A stretch of DNA of 64,000 nucleotides from Sphaerodactylus townsendi (lineage: Eukaryota), in the NCBI RefSeq assembly GCF_021028975.2, contig NC_059425.1, positions 171,554,001 to 171,618,000 on the forward strand, read 5' to 3'. Position numbers and translations under genes: made by a program. The notes under the pieces were generated by a model, which saw only the letters and a list, made by a program, of their open reading frames with translations, had not been told where the DNA came from and ran no database searches. Numbering within the stretch: the first letter of the stretch is position 1; the number at the start of each line of letters is the position of its first letter. This document shows, piece after piece, positions 24,798-37,582 of this stretch.

Positions 24798-24932
24798 CAT
24801 AGGTGTCAAACTTGCGGCCCTCCAGATGTTACAGACTACAGTTCCCATCATCCCTTGCCAGCATCATGCTGGCAGGGGATGATGGGAACTGTAGTCTATA
24901 ACATCTGGAGGGCCGCAAGTTTGACACCTGTG
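24798..24932. mobile_element. Hairpin hAT-type MITE (TIR CA(T/C)AGGTGTCAAAC)
   Basis: Near-perfect 135-bp palindrome, 8-bp TSD ccctagag; relatives at ~10749, 17030, 18565, 29985, 34018, 35255, 39100, 56692. Confidence 0.85.
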
Positions 24933-26930
24933 CCCTAGAGGATTCTACAAAGCCAACCAGTTCCTGCATTGTGCATTTTTTCTGATTCTCTGAGAATGTG
25001 AACTGTCTCAATAGTAGGAATGAACATTTGAATGTCAGCTTAACACACTGCTTATTACTATATAATTCCAGTTAAACATCAGACTCAAGTTGATAAGCTT
25101 AAGTCTAACACTAACATGTGTTTTACCATCCTTTAAGTTAGACTGCAAGTCAAACATTTAACATAATTAGGGTTGTCAAATCTGGCCTGGGAAATTCCTG
25201 CAGAGGTAGGGAGGTGGTTTCACTCTAGGATTTCTGTTTCTCCTGTACTCTATGGTATGCCATAGGGTCTGCCTTCCAAAGCTGCCATTTCTTCCAGAGA
25301 AATTGATCCCTGTAGTCTGGCAATCGGTCAGAAATTACTGGAGAGCTCCTGGCCCCGTCTCTGGGTTGGTAATCCTATTAACATTATTCTAACTCCCATC
25401 TTAAATTTCACAAAGATTACTTTACCAAAATGAATTTTGCATTCTTGAAATGGCAGGGTGGGGAGGAGGGAAATACACAGTTAACCGGGGGGCGGGGCCG
25501 CGACTACCCAATTCTCTTTATAGTGGTAGTTGTACTTTGCGTTAGAGATGACCTGGCTGTCATTTCCTAACATTTGGCTTTTAAAAGTTGCAATATTTAA
25601 TATTCCATGATGACCAAGTAGTTTCCCCCCTGTAAAATCCATAGTAAGGATTTGACTACAGCGATGTAATGGGAAATAATGAGCATCCTGAACTTTGATA
25701 TACAGCTTTTATTTCAGGTCTTATTTCCATATAACATTTGCAATAGTTGTCATTTCAAGAATAAACAATGCACTACATAGGGGGGAGGGGGGAAAGGAAC
25801 ATTGTCGCTCAATCTTAGGGCACAGTCCTCAGGTACTGCTGCGGTCCCACTGAAATTGCCTGAGTACTGAGGCCAGAAAAATAAAGAATTGTGTTTACTT
25901 CAAGTCCAATGATCCTCAGACGATAAGGTATTTCCAGAATTCAACCACACCTTATGTACTAGTCATCTGATGTTACAATACACACATATACAACTTATGA
26001 AAAATGAACGGTACAATCAAGATTCTGTGCAGTTCTACTCAATAACCATGTTGCCTATTTATATTTACATTCAGAAAAAATGTCAGAGGGGAAAAAGGAT
26101 GACTATTAATACATGTAAAAAGCCATCTCACTATAAGGGTAACCAGTTCTTTAGATTATGCTACAATTTGCCATAGATTTACCTGTTGCCTGACCGGGTG
26201 AAATAAATACAAATACAGTTAATTCTGCATATTTTTTAAAATTCAAAGTGCTAGCATTACTGCAGTTTGCGACATATCTGAGCGCAAAATGTTAATAAAG
26301 CAGACACCTTTGCAGCAGGACCAAAATGCTGTGTATCAGATACTACCTAACAGAACTACTGACCCTGAAACATAGCTTAAAATGTTCCCAGGCATATGGT
26401 TTAGCTGGAAATATGCAAGTACAGCTGGGATGAAACTGGCCAGGAAAATTCAAAATCAAAGTATGGACACCAAAGATGAACCTGGAATAATATCACGCCA
26501 TCAGTTTCTTTCCTCTGAGAGGTGGTTCAAGTGATTCATCAATATCATAAAGTTAAACCACAAAACCGGATAGACATTTGCTGCATTTAGATCCTTTCAG
26601 TACATATCTAAATAACAAGTATTCAAATACATCAGGTATCACACGGTCTCTTTCAGCACAAACAAAAGTATCAAGCAGTCTTACAAAAGAATATCCTGGC
26701 CATTAAATCTTTTGTGATAGATGCCATGACCACTGGAAAAGTTTGCTGCTCACAGAAAGGCCAGTGTTCAGTGGCTGTTGACTCAACAGGCAGTTTCTAA
26801 ACGGGATAGTTCCATTCAAGAGTTGTACCCATCTAAGTCCACTGAACTCAGAAGTTTCAGAAGAGTGCAATTTTGCTTTAGGGTTGCACTGAGAGACCTG
26901 GCCCTGGGGATTGGGCGGTATACCAAATCC

Positions 26931-27018
<88 letters not shown>
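26931..27018. repeat. (AAT)n microsatellite, ~29 units
   Basis: Directly visible. Confidence 0.98.
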
Positions 27019-27215
27019 GCACTTGAAACATCTTCAAATTGACAAAATTAACATCTGTCAAATTCAGAAGGCAGCCCTGCTGGGATCCGCATGAATACTA
27101 CGCCGATACATTACATCTTCCTAGGCCTCTGGGTGAGGCTCGAATTGTAATGAAGGCCAACAACCAGCTAAAGATCTGGCAGCTGTGAAATCTACAATAA
27201 TAATAACAATAACAA
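27019..27215 (+). mobile_element. R4/Dong-type non-LTR retrotransposon 3' end
   Basis: HLKHLQIDKINICQIQKAALLGSA*ILRRY resembles the RLE C-terminal QKAxLLGTAxILR motif; (TAA)n tail; second copy 43424-43623 (minus). Confidence 0.65.
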
Positions 27216-27394
27216 TGTTGAGTGGTCTTAGCTCAGTTAGTGACTATCTTGACAGAGTCCCTGTGATAATAAAACAAGGTGGGGAGAATTGATTACATAC
27301 CATGTATGCTGCTATCCCATCCTTGGGGCAAAAAGACACTTGAGAATAAATAAAGTTTGCATTTACTTAGGACTAAATCACTTTCTACCATGAT

Positions 27395-27595
27395 TTGAAT
27401 AGCCCAGGCTAGCTTGACATTTTCAGATCTCAGAAGATAAGGTTGGCTCTGGTTAGTACTCGGATAGGAGACCACAAGGAATACCAGGTTGCTATGCAGA
27501 GGAAGCCAATGGAAAACCAACTGTTAGTGTCTTGCCTTGAACCATACTGGGTTGGCATAAGTCAGCTGTGACTTGACAGCATTTTATACACACAC
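27395..27595 (+). mobile_element. 5S rRNA-derived SINE
   Basis: cagatctcagaag...ctggttagtactcggataggagaccac 5S-like head; (CA)n tail. Confidence 0.65.
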
Positions 27596-29085
27596 ATTAC
27601 TACACTTGAGACTGCTTCATGCTTTCCAAATGTAGTACAATGTTATCAAGGGCAAAAGCTAATGTCTCATTGCCAGCTATCTCAAGGAAAACATGGAGCA
27701 AGGGTTCCAAGTGATTGAGGTTGGTCCTGACCCAAAAGTTTGCAAAAAGTTCGAGAACCACTGATCTATGTGATACGCTGCTCAGAGCATTACAGCTGCT
27801 GGACTCTGCACTTCTGGGTACATTTTGGTGGCGGTCTAGATGCTCATGCCACATTGGAAGTAGTTTTGGGAAGGAAGAGCTACTAATTTGGATGGAATTT
27901 AACTCTTTGAGAGTGCATCGTCTGGTTCATACCAGGTCACATGGCCTTCTGGTACTAAAATCAGGTCTCTACAGACATAGCACCTACTTTTTTTACATAA
28001 ATAGAAATCATATAACAACAAACAGCAGCATACTACATCTTAAATATTTCTGTGGTGGTAAAGCAAATGTTAAGGCGAGGCCAGAAGAGATGCAATTTAG
28101 TTAACACTGAAGTTTAATCAGTGTTAAATAATATACCATGGGTATTTTAAATGCCAACAGTATTTTAAATAACAGCAAGAACAAATTCCTTTAAAAAATC
28201 AGCTTATGCAGTTTTTTCTTCACTTCTGTCTCACTCAAGATTAGATGTTTTACACTATTAGGCTTTATTTGTACCCCATGAGAGGCTGGAACCTCTGACC
28301 TCTCTCTTCATTCATTATGTGTAATAACCACATCTGTGCTAGTCCCTCAGGTAGAGAATCACAAATCATTTACGACATATCTTTTCCTGCAACAACTCAA
28401 CTCAACAACCTCTGCTGTGATTATTATAGATACAAAAATATATGTAAAATGATTTTCTGCACCATATGTATCTAACTGATCTCTGACTTATGTTAAAATA
28501 AATATTAAGTCTTTAAAGCGCCAATGGTCATCTGTTTTAGTTCAAAATCTCCTCCTAAGGAGTTTGCTCAATAATTTCTCAATAATTTGCAATCCATTGC
28601 AAGTAAGATGTAATCATACTTGGTGCTTGTGGTAAAATACATAGGAAGAAACTTTACAGTACAATTCATATAACTGAGGTGATTTTAACTATTAATTTCC
28701 CCACCTTCTGCCACATGAAAGGTTATAGTTTACCAGCGTGTGAAACACCGTGCAGATACAAGCCAGAGACTTGATCAGAATTTTACTGCACATGCCACAC
28801 AGTCTGTAAAAATAGCCTGTTTGCTATGGAGAGGCAACGCTTCACGAAAACAAAGACCACCAGGTTCACTACAGCATCCTCACACTGCCTATTTATAAGT
28901 AAACACTATTCAAATTATGCTACTTAGCATCCTCTAACATATCCATTAGAAATGAGCTAGCACACAAAATGTTTCTTGCAACAGCATTTAACTGAATGTT
29001 GAAGAGACTTTGCAGCAAAAAGAAAGTCTGAAGAATACAGATATCCATGTTACCCATCTGCATCAGCATATATGTGCCATTCTTT

Positions 29086-29328
29086 AGAAGAGTTTGGACT
29101 CAAAGAGGCTTACAATCTCCTTCCCCCTCCCCACAACAAATACCCTGTGAGGTGGGTGGGGCTGAGAGAGCTCCAAAAAGCCCAAGGTCACCCAGCTGGC
29201 GTGTGTTGGGGTGAACAGGCTAATCTAGTTCCCCAGATAAGCCTTCGCAGCTCAAGTGGCAGAAGGGGAAATCAAACCCGGTTCCCCAGATTAGAGTGCG
29301 TCTGCTCTTAACCACTACGCCACTGCTG
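29086..29328 (-). mobile_element. tRNA-derived squamate SINE
   Basis: Homolog of 6447-6747. Confidence 0.7.
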
Positions 29329-31027
29329 CTCCCTGGAATAGCTGGAAGTTCCTTTTCAGAAGGGAACAGGGGTTTCATCATATCACTAATTAAAACAGAA
29401 ATACATGAATCAGAGCTGCTCATTAGTAACTGTTGGGGGCTGGGGTTGGTGGGTGTAAGATTGCTCCCTAGGATTTCCTGCACTGCTCGGATCCAAAGGG
29501 CAAGGCCATCCAGTATTACTGCATTTCCAACTACACCCCAAAATGTGCCAGGATTTCAATTCCCTAAAGTTGTGCTACTGGTATCAATATCCTATAAAGT
29601 CTACTTTAGTAACGTCAGGATGTGCATATTAAGAGCCAAGCCAAGTGCAATCAACAGTATAGTCACATTTAGTAGTTTACTGTGACCTTCAAGTCACTTT
29701 AATTCCTGCCTTTCAGCACTAAAAGAGTAAGCGAAGCATGAAACCAAATATTTCAGACAGGGTTCTGAATGCACTCATATACCGAACATCCTATTAGGAT
29801 CAATGCAAGCATTTAACACTTTTTTTGTAGCTGGATGAATCAATTCGTAACAGGGCAATGCACTCACACTTTGGCTTTCGTGGAAAAAGTATCATTGGCC
29901 AGTTAATACTGTATTTTTTCCCTCAGATGTTCAAAAGGGAGATTTGCCTGTTTAAAAATGACAAAATGACAAAAGACAAAAGTTGTCAAACTCGTGGCCC
30001 TCCAGATGTTATGACTGCAGATGTTATATACTATGACTGCAGATGTTATATACTACAGTTCCCATCATCTCCTGCCAGCATGATGCTGACAGGGGATGAT
30101 GGGAACTGTAGTATATAACATCTGGAGGGCCACGAGTTTGACACCTATGGCCTATAATATTCGTATTGTTTCAATGGTACATCTTGAATTACTGCATCTT
30201 TTTTTGCTTGTAGGCAGTGTGGTGATTGTAGCAGAAGACAACTGAAGAGACTGCAAGGTGGTTTTTTGACTTCTACCATGTTCCAGAGGAGCAAATCTCA
30301 GCAAAATAATTAGCATAACCTTTTAAAAATCGGTTCACAAAGCTATGGATATATTGGGCTTGGACAGATCACTCAGGTAAGGAATCTCACCACAGTTTTA
30401 GCCAGCTGCTAAAAATGTGAAAGATCCTTAAAATGTTAGTTCTCAGGAAATATGAGAACCAGTTTCCCTTGAAAAGAGGCCAACGCAAAACCGCAGAATC
30501 AAACTCAAAAGCACACAGAAAAGTGGGAGAAAATACAGGCGAGAGAACTTCCAGTTGGCCATTCACCGCAAAAACCCCAACATGAATTTTCAATAGAATT
30601 ACTATTACTGTTAATTACTATTCAATAGAATTACTATTACTCTTTGCAGCTTCGCAACCAGAAGTCCTTCTGAATTTTTTACTGCGAGATGTTTTACAGA
30701 AATCTATCAAAAAGAACACCTTGCAATTTAGAAAACCGAGTTAACATACGTCAACCAAATCAGACATCGCATTAAAGCGAAATTGAGGCGGGGCAGGAAG
30801 AGACCACACGCAATGCCACGGATTCACCCCCTTCTCACCAGAGGATTGGTGCTTTGGTCATGGTCTTCACTATCATGAACTACTTTTATTAAAGAAAGGG
30901 TCGTGAGAGGACACAGAGAGAAAGAGGCCAGGAAGAAAAGGGATGAAAACAGGAAAGCTAGTCCCCAAATCTAGCCAGGAGGAAGCAGCAAAGCCATCCT
31001 GGCTGAACAAAGCAAGAGAAAAATGCA

Positions 31028-31216
31028 TTGTCAAAGGCTTTCACGGCTGGAATCACCAGAGTGTTGTGGGTTTTCCGGGTTGTATGGGCATATTCCAGTA
31101 GCATTTTCTCCTGACGTTCTCCTGACTGGCATCTTGCCAGTCACAGACGCAGGCAAAACGCCAGGAGAAAATGTTACTGGAACACAACCATATAACCTGG
31201 AAACCCACAACACCCA
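31028..31216. mobile_element. Penelope-like inverted pLTR remnant with internal deletion
   Basis: Same arms as 7936-8170; both hammerhead cores broken. Confidence 0.6.
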
Positions 31217-31412
31217 AGAGAAAAATCCTCACAACCCGCCAAAGCTTTTTCTAAGCGGTCCAGGTTAGAAAAAGGGCTTGAACTGGAGGATTCATCTGCT
31301 GTGTTGTAAATTTGCATCCGAACTGGCCAATGTATCTATGGAGAAACTTGAGAATAAACTTTTCCCCCACAAAATAATGATGTATTTACAAGAACTGTAT
31401 TCTTTTTTACAA

Positions 31413-31690
31413 GAGAACATAAGAACATAAGAGCAAGCCTGCTGGATCAGACCAGAGTCCATCTAGTCCAGCAGGCCCACCAGATGCCTTTGGGAGCTCA
31501 CATGCAGGATGTGAAAGCAATGGCCTTCTGCTGCTGCTCCTGAGCACCTGGTCTGCCAAGGCATTTGCAATCTCAGATCAATGAGGATCAAGATTGGTAG
31601 CCAAAGATCGACTTCTCCTCCATAAATCTAGCCAAACCCCTTTTAAAGCTATCCAGGTTTGCGGCCATCACCACCTCCTGTGGCAACATA
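31413..31690 (-). mobile_element. CR1-type LINE 3' end
   Basis: (agaacata)n octamer tail; near-identical copy at 49846-50050. Confidence 0.7.
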
Positions 31691-31699
31691 AAGAGATTT

Positions 31700-32130
31700 T
31701 TGGATGATCTCTTCATGACCTCTGAAAGTTCAGAGTCAGTTCAGAGGTCAGTTCATTAATACCATTCATACAACTTCTGCATTTGACATGTCCTCTAATG
31801 AACCCAAGGATGATTTTCTCAATGTAATTATTAAAAAGCAGCGAAGGAAAGTCAATACTGATGTTTACAGGAAACCAACTGAAGCTAATTCTTTCCTGTC
31901 CGGGGATGGCTTCCACCCATTCCAGCTTCAAAAGACTTTGCCTGACACCCCAACACTGAGGCTTAGAAGGAATTGCGGCCTTGCCTCTGATTTCCACAGG
32001 CAAACCAATATACTAATGCAACAGCTAAACAATAGGGGATATGGCTCTACGGTTCGGAAACAGGCTCTTTTCAAAGCTAAGAACACACCACAGGCATTCT
32101 TATTAACACTTCACAATAAGAATATGACTA
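31700..32130 (+). mobile_element. Penelope-like reverse transcriptase C-terminal (thumb/linker) fragment
   Basis: ORF 31788-32156 FLNVIIK...TDVYRKPTEANSFL...HP...K...RLRRNC...F...L...RGY...ALFKA matches the PLE RT FLD-YRKPT-HP-RGY signature. Confidence 0.75.
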
Positions 32131-32950
32131 CAGGCAGAATGATAAACGAACACTGACACCCTTTTTTCCAGCTTTAGCGCGTTTTTGTTCTTCCAAGTGG
32201 TCCTGTCAATCAAAAGTCCTGGTTCGCTGACTTCCAATGTATGGGGGGGGGGGGGCGCCCCTCCTTGAGTGCCCTTCCTTCCAGCTTTGTTGCAAAGAGC
32301 AGGAATGAATATCCGAACTGGATCTAAACGTATTACAGCCGGCTCGTGGGCTTCGTAACGATGCAGTCTCGTTGAAGCGGAACAGATACGGCTCTGCTCG
32401 GATGGGAACGGTATGTGAGATGCCTTGCGTTCCATAACGGAAGAAAGGCAGGGTCGAAATGCACCCAATAAATAAATAGATAAATAAATAGACAAACCAT
32501 TAAACAGATACATTTATAAATAAATAAATAAAATGGTGCCCCAGCTAAGCGTTTGTCGTCAACCAGGCAGAAGAGCGGCTCCAAACGAAGGGAAAAATGA
32601 CAATGTGAAATGTCAAGCAAGTTAACTGATCTAATACGGAGTGGCAAAAACAGCCAGAAGAGCAGTTGTTGTTCCTGGGAAGTATCTGGGCGGTGCTTGA
32701 ACGGCTGAAATGATCAAATGACGACTGCTGTCGAGCATAATTAAATCTCCCTCGGAACCGAACATCTAGTATTTAATTGAGCAATCGTTGCCTATATACG
32801 GCACAGATCACACACGACGAAGGGACCAAGTGCCAAGTCTATGCTTTTTTTTTCTCCTCTTGGTTGTAAAAAAGGAAAAAAAACAGAACTAAGTTGGAAC
32901 TTCCCACTGGCAGCATCCATGACTCGGCAGGACGGCCAAGCTCTTGCCTG

Positions 32951-33075
32951 TCAGCGACTCCTTTGTATTTCTATGATATTGGAAAGCTTTTCACAGTTCT
33001 CAAGGGTTAGGGATTCTGCCTTCTGCTTCAGCCGCTCATCTCGGTATAATGTGGCCATATTAGACAACTCCGATT
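32951..33075 (-). CDS. DNAJC18: DNAJC18 coding exon 8 (last)
   Basis: [41 protein letters not shown]; 125 nt. Confidence 0.95.
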
Positions 33076-33136
33076 CTGAAACAGGAAAAAGACAACTATT
33101 GTACTTTTTTGTTTTGTGGCTGTGGATCTATTAGGT

Positions 33137-33648
33137 CAGTGGTGGCGAACCTATGGCACGGGTGCCAGAGGTGGCACTCAGAGCCCTCTCTGTGGGCATG
33201 CGCAAACAGAGTCCCCCCCCCCCCCATCTAGGCTGGCCTGGGCCGCTAGGCTCAATTATTAGCATTAAACCTAAGACCTAGTTTTGGGGAAGCAGTATAG
33301 GTAAACCTGTTAAGCACTGTTAAACCCCACTGATTTTCATACAAAGAACTAAAGCGCAATCCTTTACCTGGGAGTAAGCTCGGTTGCTGGCTATGGGGCT
33401 TGCTTCTAAGTAAACCCTCCTAGGGTCGTGATTCACCCGTTGGAAGAGTTGCATGGTTGCTTCAAAACAAAGCCACCGACTACCACCAAGTTTACTCCCG
33501 AGTAACGCACTCCTCGGAGTCAACTGTTTTTTTCCTAAACTAAAACCTCAGTATTCAGGTTAAATTGCCATGTTGGCACTTTGCGATAAATAAGTGGGTT
33601 TTGGGTTGCAATTTGGGCACTCGGTCTCGAAAAGGTTCGCCATCACTG
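33137..33648 (+). mobile_element. ~510-bp non-autonomous hAT transposon
   Basis: Same family as 11732-12261; perfect TSD tattaggt. Confidence 0.85.
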
Positions 33649-35085
33649 TATTAGGTAAGGAAATATTGCAGGGTACTGAAAAATACTGAGGAAAAGCTGC
33701 CATTCAAAACATGAGATGACTTGGGTTCATTAACCCCCTCCCCCCCCTACAGTGGTGGGATTCAAATAATTTAACAACTGGTTGTTTACAAGCACCATTT
33801 TAACAACTGGTTCTGCCGAAGTGGTGCAAACCTGCTGAATCCCACCACTGCCTCCCCCACCTTGGCAAGATCTCAGAATTATACAATCTCCATGAGCATC
33901 TTCTCTCTAGCTTCTATCGCAGTACAATATTTTTTTAATGGAACAAATAAATACAAGTAACATTTAATTTAACTTGTGGAGAGGTGCATGTGCTGTCAAG
34001 TCACAGTTGACTTATGGCAGGGGTGGCCAACCCATGGTGCGCCAGATGTTCATGGACTACAATTCCCATCAGCCCCTGCCAGCACAGCCAATTGGCCGTG
34101 TTGGCAGGGGCTGGTGGGAATTGTAGTCCATGAACATCGGGAGCACCACAGGTTGGCCACCCCTAACTTACGGCAACCCTGTAGAATTTTCAAGGCAAGA
34201 CATATTGGAAAGTAGTTTGTCACTGCCTGCCTCTTTGTGGGCTGAGATAATTCTGAGAGAACTGTGACTGGCCAAGGTCACCCAGCAGGCTTTATGTGTA
34301 GGAGTGGGGAATCAAAATCAGTTCTCCAGATTGGAGAATGCAGCCATTAACCACTACACAGTGCTGCCTCCATGGAGAGACAGATACTAATATAACTTTA
34401 ATCTGTCTATTGAGGATAATGTTGGAAAGTAGATAACATATGCATTTACGATTTGAGTTCAATATCACCATAGCTACTTCCAACACAGAAGAAAGCAGGA
34501 CTGAATGGTTGAGAGTTCATCTTATTATGAACATGTATATTGTTGCTGTTGATAGAATTCATCATAGCAATGCAGTACTCTGCAAAATTTAAACGTACTC
34601 AATGGCATATTTACATTGGCAGATATACACATACTGTAAATATCTACAGATCCTGTTGCATCATCTACTCCCAATACACAGAGCTTGGTGGGATACTGGG
34701 AAGAAGTAGACAACATGATTTTTTTCCCTATATGGATTTAAAAAATAACAACTACTACTATAGTCTGCCTCTTTGAGAGATTATTAAGTGTAAAATGATG
34801 AATGGTTTGGATCCAACTAGCTTTTCCATAGGCACAAGATCCCTGCAAAGATTATGCCAAGGATTGTGGGATATTCTGGCCCTCACACATTCTATCATTC
34901 TCTTAAGAACTTCCTTTAACAGTTGCCTTCTAGGACATCAATCTCTTGCCTTTTAGGCTCTTTGCCATTGGCTGATTCCCAGCAGCCACTCCCACAAAGC
35001 TTCAGAATTCTCAGTCTCTGTATTTACACCTCTGTACTTACACCTTTAAAAGGTGTAAGAGTTTTGAAAAAAAAAATCTACTATT

Positions 35086-35445
35086 GCCTTGGATGGCTCA
35101 GGCTAGCCTGATCTCATCAGATCTCAGAAGCGAAGCAGGGCCGTCCTTGGTTAGTATTTGGATGGGAGACTACCAAAGAAGTCTAGAGTCACTAAGCAAA
35201 GGAAGATGCAATGGCAAACCATCTTTGTTAGTCTCTTGCCTTGAAACTCTACTGCACAGGTGTCAAACTCACAGCCCTCCATATGTTATGGACTACAGTT
35301 CCCATCATCCCCTGCCAGCATCATGCTGGCAGGGGATGATGGTAACTGTAGTCCATAACATATGGAGGGCTGCAAGTTTGACACCTATGCCCTACTGGGT
35401 TGCTAAAAGTTGACTGTAACTTGACAGCACTGTAAACACACACAC
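35086..35445 (+). mobile_element. 5S rRNA-derived SINE interrupted by a hairpin hAT MITE (35255-35389)
   Basis: cctgatctcatcagatctcagaagcgaagcagggc...ttggttagtatttggatgggagac follows 5S rRNA; MITE TSD ctctactg/ccctactg. Confidence 0.75.
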
Positions 35446-35735
35446 TGATGGTTCACTTCAGACGTCAAATTCTGGAAAGTCAGGAATATAGTGAGAACTA
35501 CTTTCAGCAAAGTAATGTTTGTGAAGGTTCCATGATACCACTATCAGTTAATAGGAGCTGACTAGATTTACATTTGTTGGCGGTCTTTTTGTGGCCAGTG
35601 CTTTCAGGGCGCTTAACAAACGAAACAGAATATAAGCATTGTGCCACAAAATCAGTGTCTATCAAAATTTGAGACAAAGGTTGATATAGCTACAGTTTTA
35701 AGACAGTAAAGGGAAAATGGTTAAAACCAACTTAC

Positions 35736-35908
35736 TTTGCTGCTTTTCTTTCCTGCAGTTTGTCTGGACATAGTCGATATATTCTTTTTCAATTTGTTTT
35801 TCAAGCAGCTCAAGAGCTTCTCCATTATAGTTATGTTCAAAATGTTTGTCAACATAGTAAGGCACCTGAAAGTTCTGTGTTTCTCTAACAAAAGTGTGTC
35901 CTACCGTC
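35736..35908 (-). CDS. DNAJC18: DNAJC18 coding exon 7 (DUF1977)
   Basis: [57 protein letters not shown]; 173 nt. Confidence 0.95.
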
Positions 35909-36517
35909 CTGTGTGAACAAGCAAGTGCAGAAAAGAGTTTTAAGACTATGTAAGAACAATTCTGTAGAACTCATGCTTTTATGTATGAAGATTTCCATCC
36001 TGTGATCTGCAGATGCAAGAAGCTCCACTCAAGCAAGAGGCAAATTTCCCTTCCCTCTCCCCACTAGACCCACCATCAGTACACAGGGGTCTCTTGATCC
36101 CAGAAAGAAATTTTCCCAGGACTGGAAATACTCCAGAGGGAGGTGAGAGAAGATCCCAGACCATCAGTGCTTTCCACTAGTGATACAAAAGATCCAAGCC
36201 AAAGTGTACTTCTTCTTTAAGGGAAAGAGAGAAGGCTACAAGACAAGTTCGTAAAATGCAAAACATGTACTTTCTGAAATATTACAGTCCCTATGAGGGG
36301 GGAGCACCTTGCATAAAATGTTGGACTGTTGAAAGGGGTCTTCTAATGCAAGAAGCATTTATCAACCTCACAGGGCATACATCTGAACTTAAAGAGCAAC
36401 TGATATATAATTCTAATGGTTAAGCCTTTTCGTAAAACATCCTCGTCATCTGGAAAAAGTTAACACATTCCTGACGTACATCAACAGAGAACTGCAAAGA
36501 CAAAATTTGAGACTTAC

Positions 36518-36627
36518 GATTTGAAGAACAGGCTGTAAGGTGGGTTAGTAGCCATCAGCTGAGTTACTACTGACACAATTATTATAATAAATACTGGCAG
36601 TAACTGAACGAATGCCGAATAGGTATT
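36518..36627 (-). CDS. DNAJC18: DNAJC18 coding exon 6 (transmembrane segment)
   Basis: [36 protein letters not shown]; 110 nt. Confidence 0.95.
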
Positions 36628-36764
36628 CTGGAAATGAAAACAATGGTCAGTGAAGGGCATAAGCTAGAAATGGAATGAGATCTAAATCATGATGATAAAA
36701 AGAGAGTCCCAAGATTTTTTTTAAAGGTTACTTGGGACTGTTAGACAGGACTGATTATGATTTA

Positions 36765-37042
36765 AAGGTAAAGTTTCCCCTTCAGTCGTGTCCGACCCTG
36801 GGGTACCACTGCGAGCAGTGATTTCATAGGCAAGCCTCTTTTGTGGGGTAGTTTGCCATTGCTTTGCCCGGCTATTCTTTACCCCCTAGCTATGAGCTAG
36901 GTACTCATTTACCGATCAAGAAATGGATGGATGGCTGAGTTGGCCATGAGCCAGCTGCCAGGATATCTGACCCACAGGGGGCTCAAACTCCTGACTGTGT
37001 GGGTGGCAGTGCAAGCACTTAACCACTACGCCATGCAGCTCC
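36765..37042 (-). mobile_element. Sauria-type (RTE-partner) SINE
   Basis: tRNA-like head, tttaccttt-type tail, 13-bp TSD tgattatgattta; second copy 52884-53165. Confidence 0.75.
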
Positions 37043-37469
37043 TGATTATGATTTAGCTTAGTACAAAACCAGTACTGACATCAATTCACTTCTGATCAAG
37101 ACTACTCTTAATACAAAATATAGGGAAAAGACTACTTTCAGATTCGCATCAAGGCACCACTGGTACTCCCTTGCGATTGTTAGAGACAAGGATCCTTTTT
37201 AATGTCCCCGTCCCCAATAATGTTGTCTTGGATTTCTGCAGTGGCAAGATCAAGGGTGTGAGTTCTTGAGAGTCAAAGCAACCTTCATCAGATAACAACG
37301 GGAACTTGGACTCTCAAAGGCTTAAACCCTGAAAACCTCTAAGGGGCTACTGGACTCAAATATTGCTCCTCTACTGCAGACCACCAGAACTACCCTCTGA
37401 AACTGTACTACAATAAGAAGACTAGAGAAGCCTTCTGGATACTTATGACAGCTCCCTTCTCCCAGTCAC

Positions 37470-37582
37470 CTGCGGCTGGCTTTCTTCCTCCTCTTCCTCC
37501 TGTGTCCAGGTCCTTTCATTTCTGGTCCGGGACGGGTAACAGGGAGGATCCGCCGACACATTTGAAAACATGTGCACATTTC
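37470..37582 (-). CDS. DNAJC18: DNAJC18 coding exon 5
   Basis: GNVHMFSNVSADPPCYPSRTRNERTWTQEEEEEESQPQ; 113 nt. Confidence 0.93.

Noticed and set aside
26778-27061. Poly-Asn and poly-Leu ORFs
   Set aside because: Translations of the (AAT)n microsatellite
35086-35175. Possible 5S rRNA gene
   Set aside because: Diverged, lacks proper 5S ends and continues into a SINE body
37230-37400. Second Penelope-type hammerhead remnant
   Set aside because: Resembles a PLE terminus but the CUGANGA and GAAA cores are disrupted
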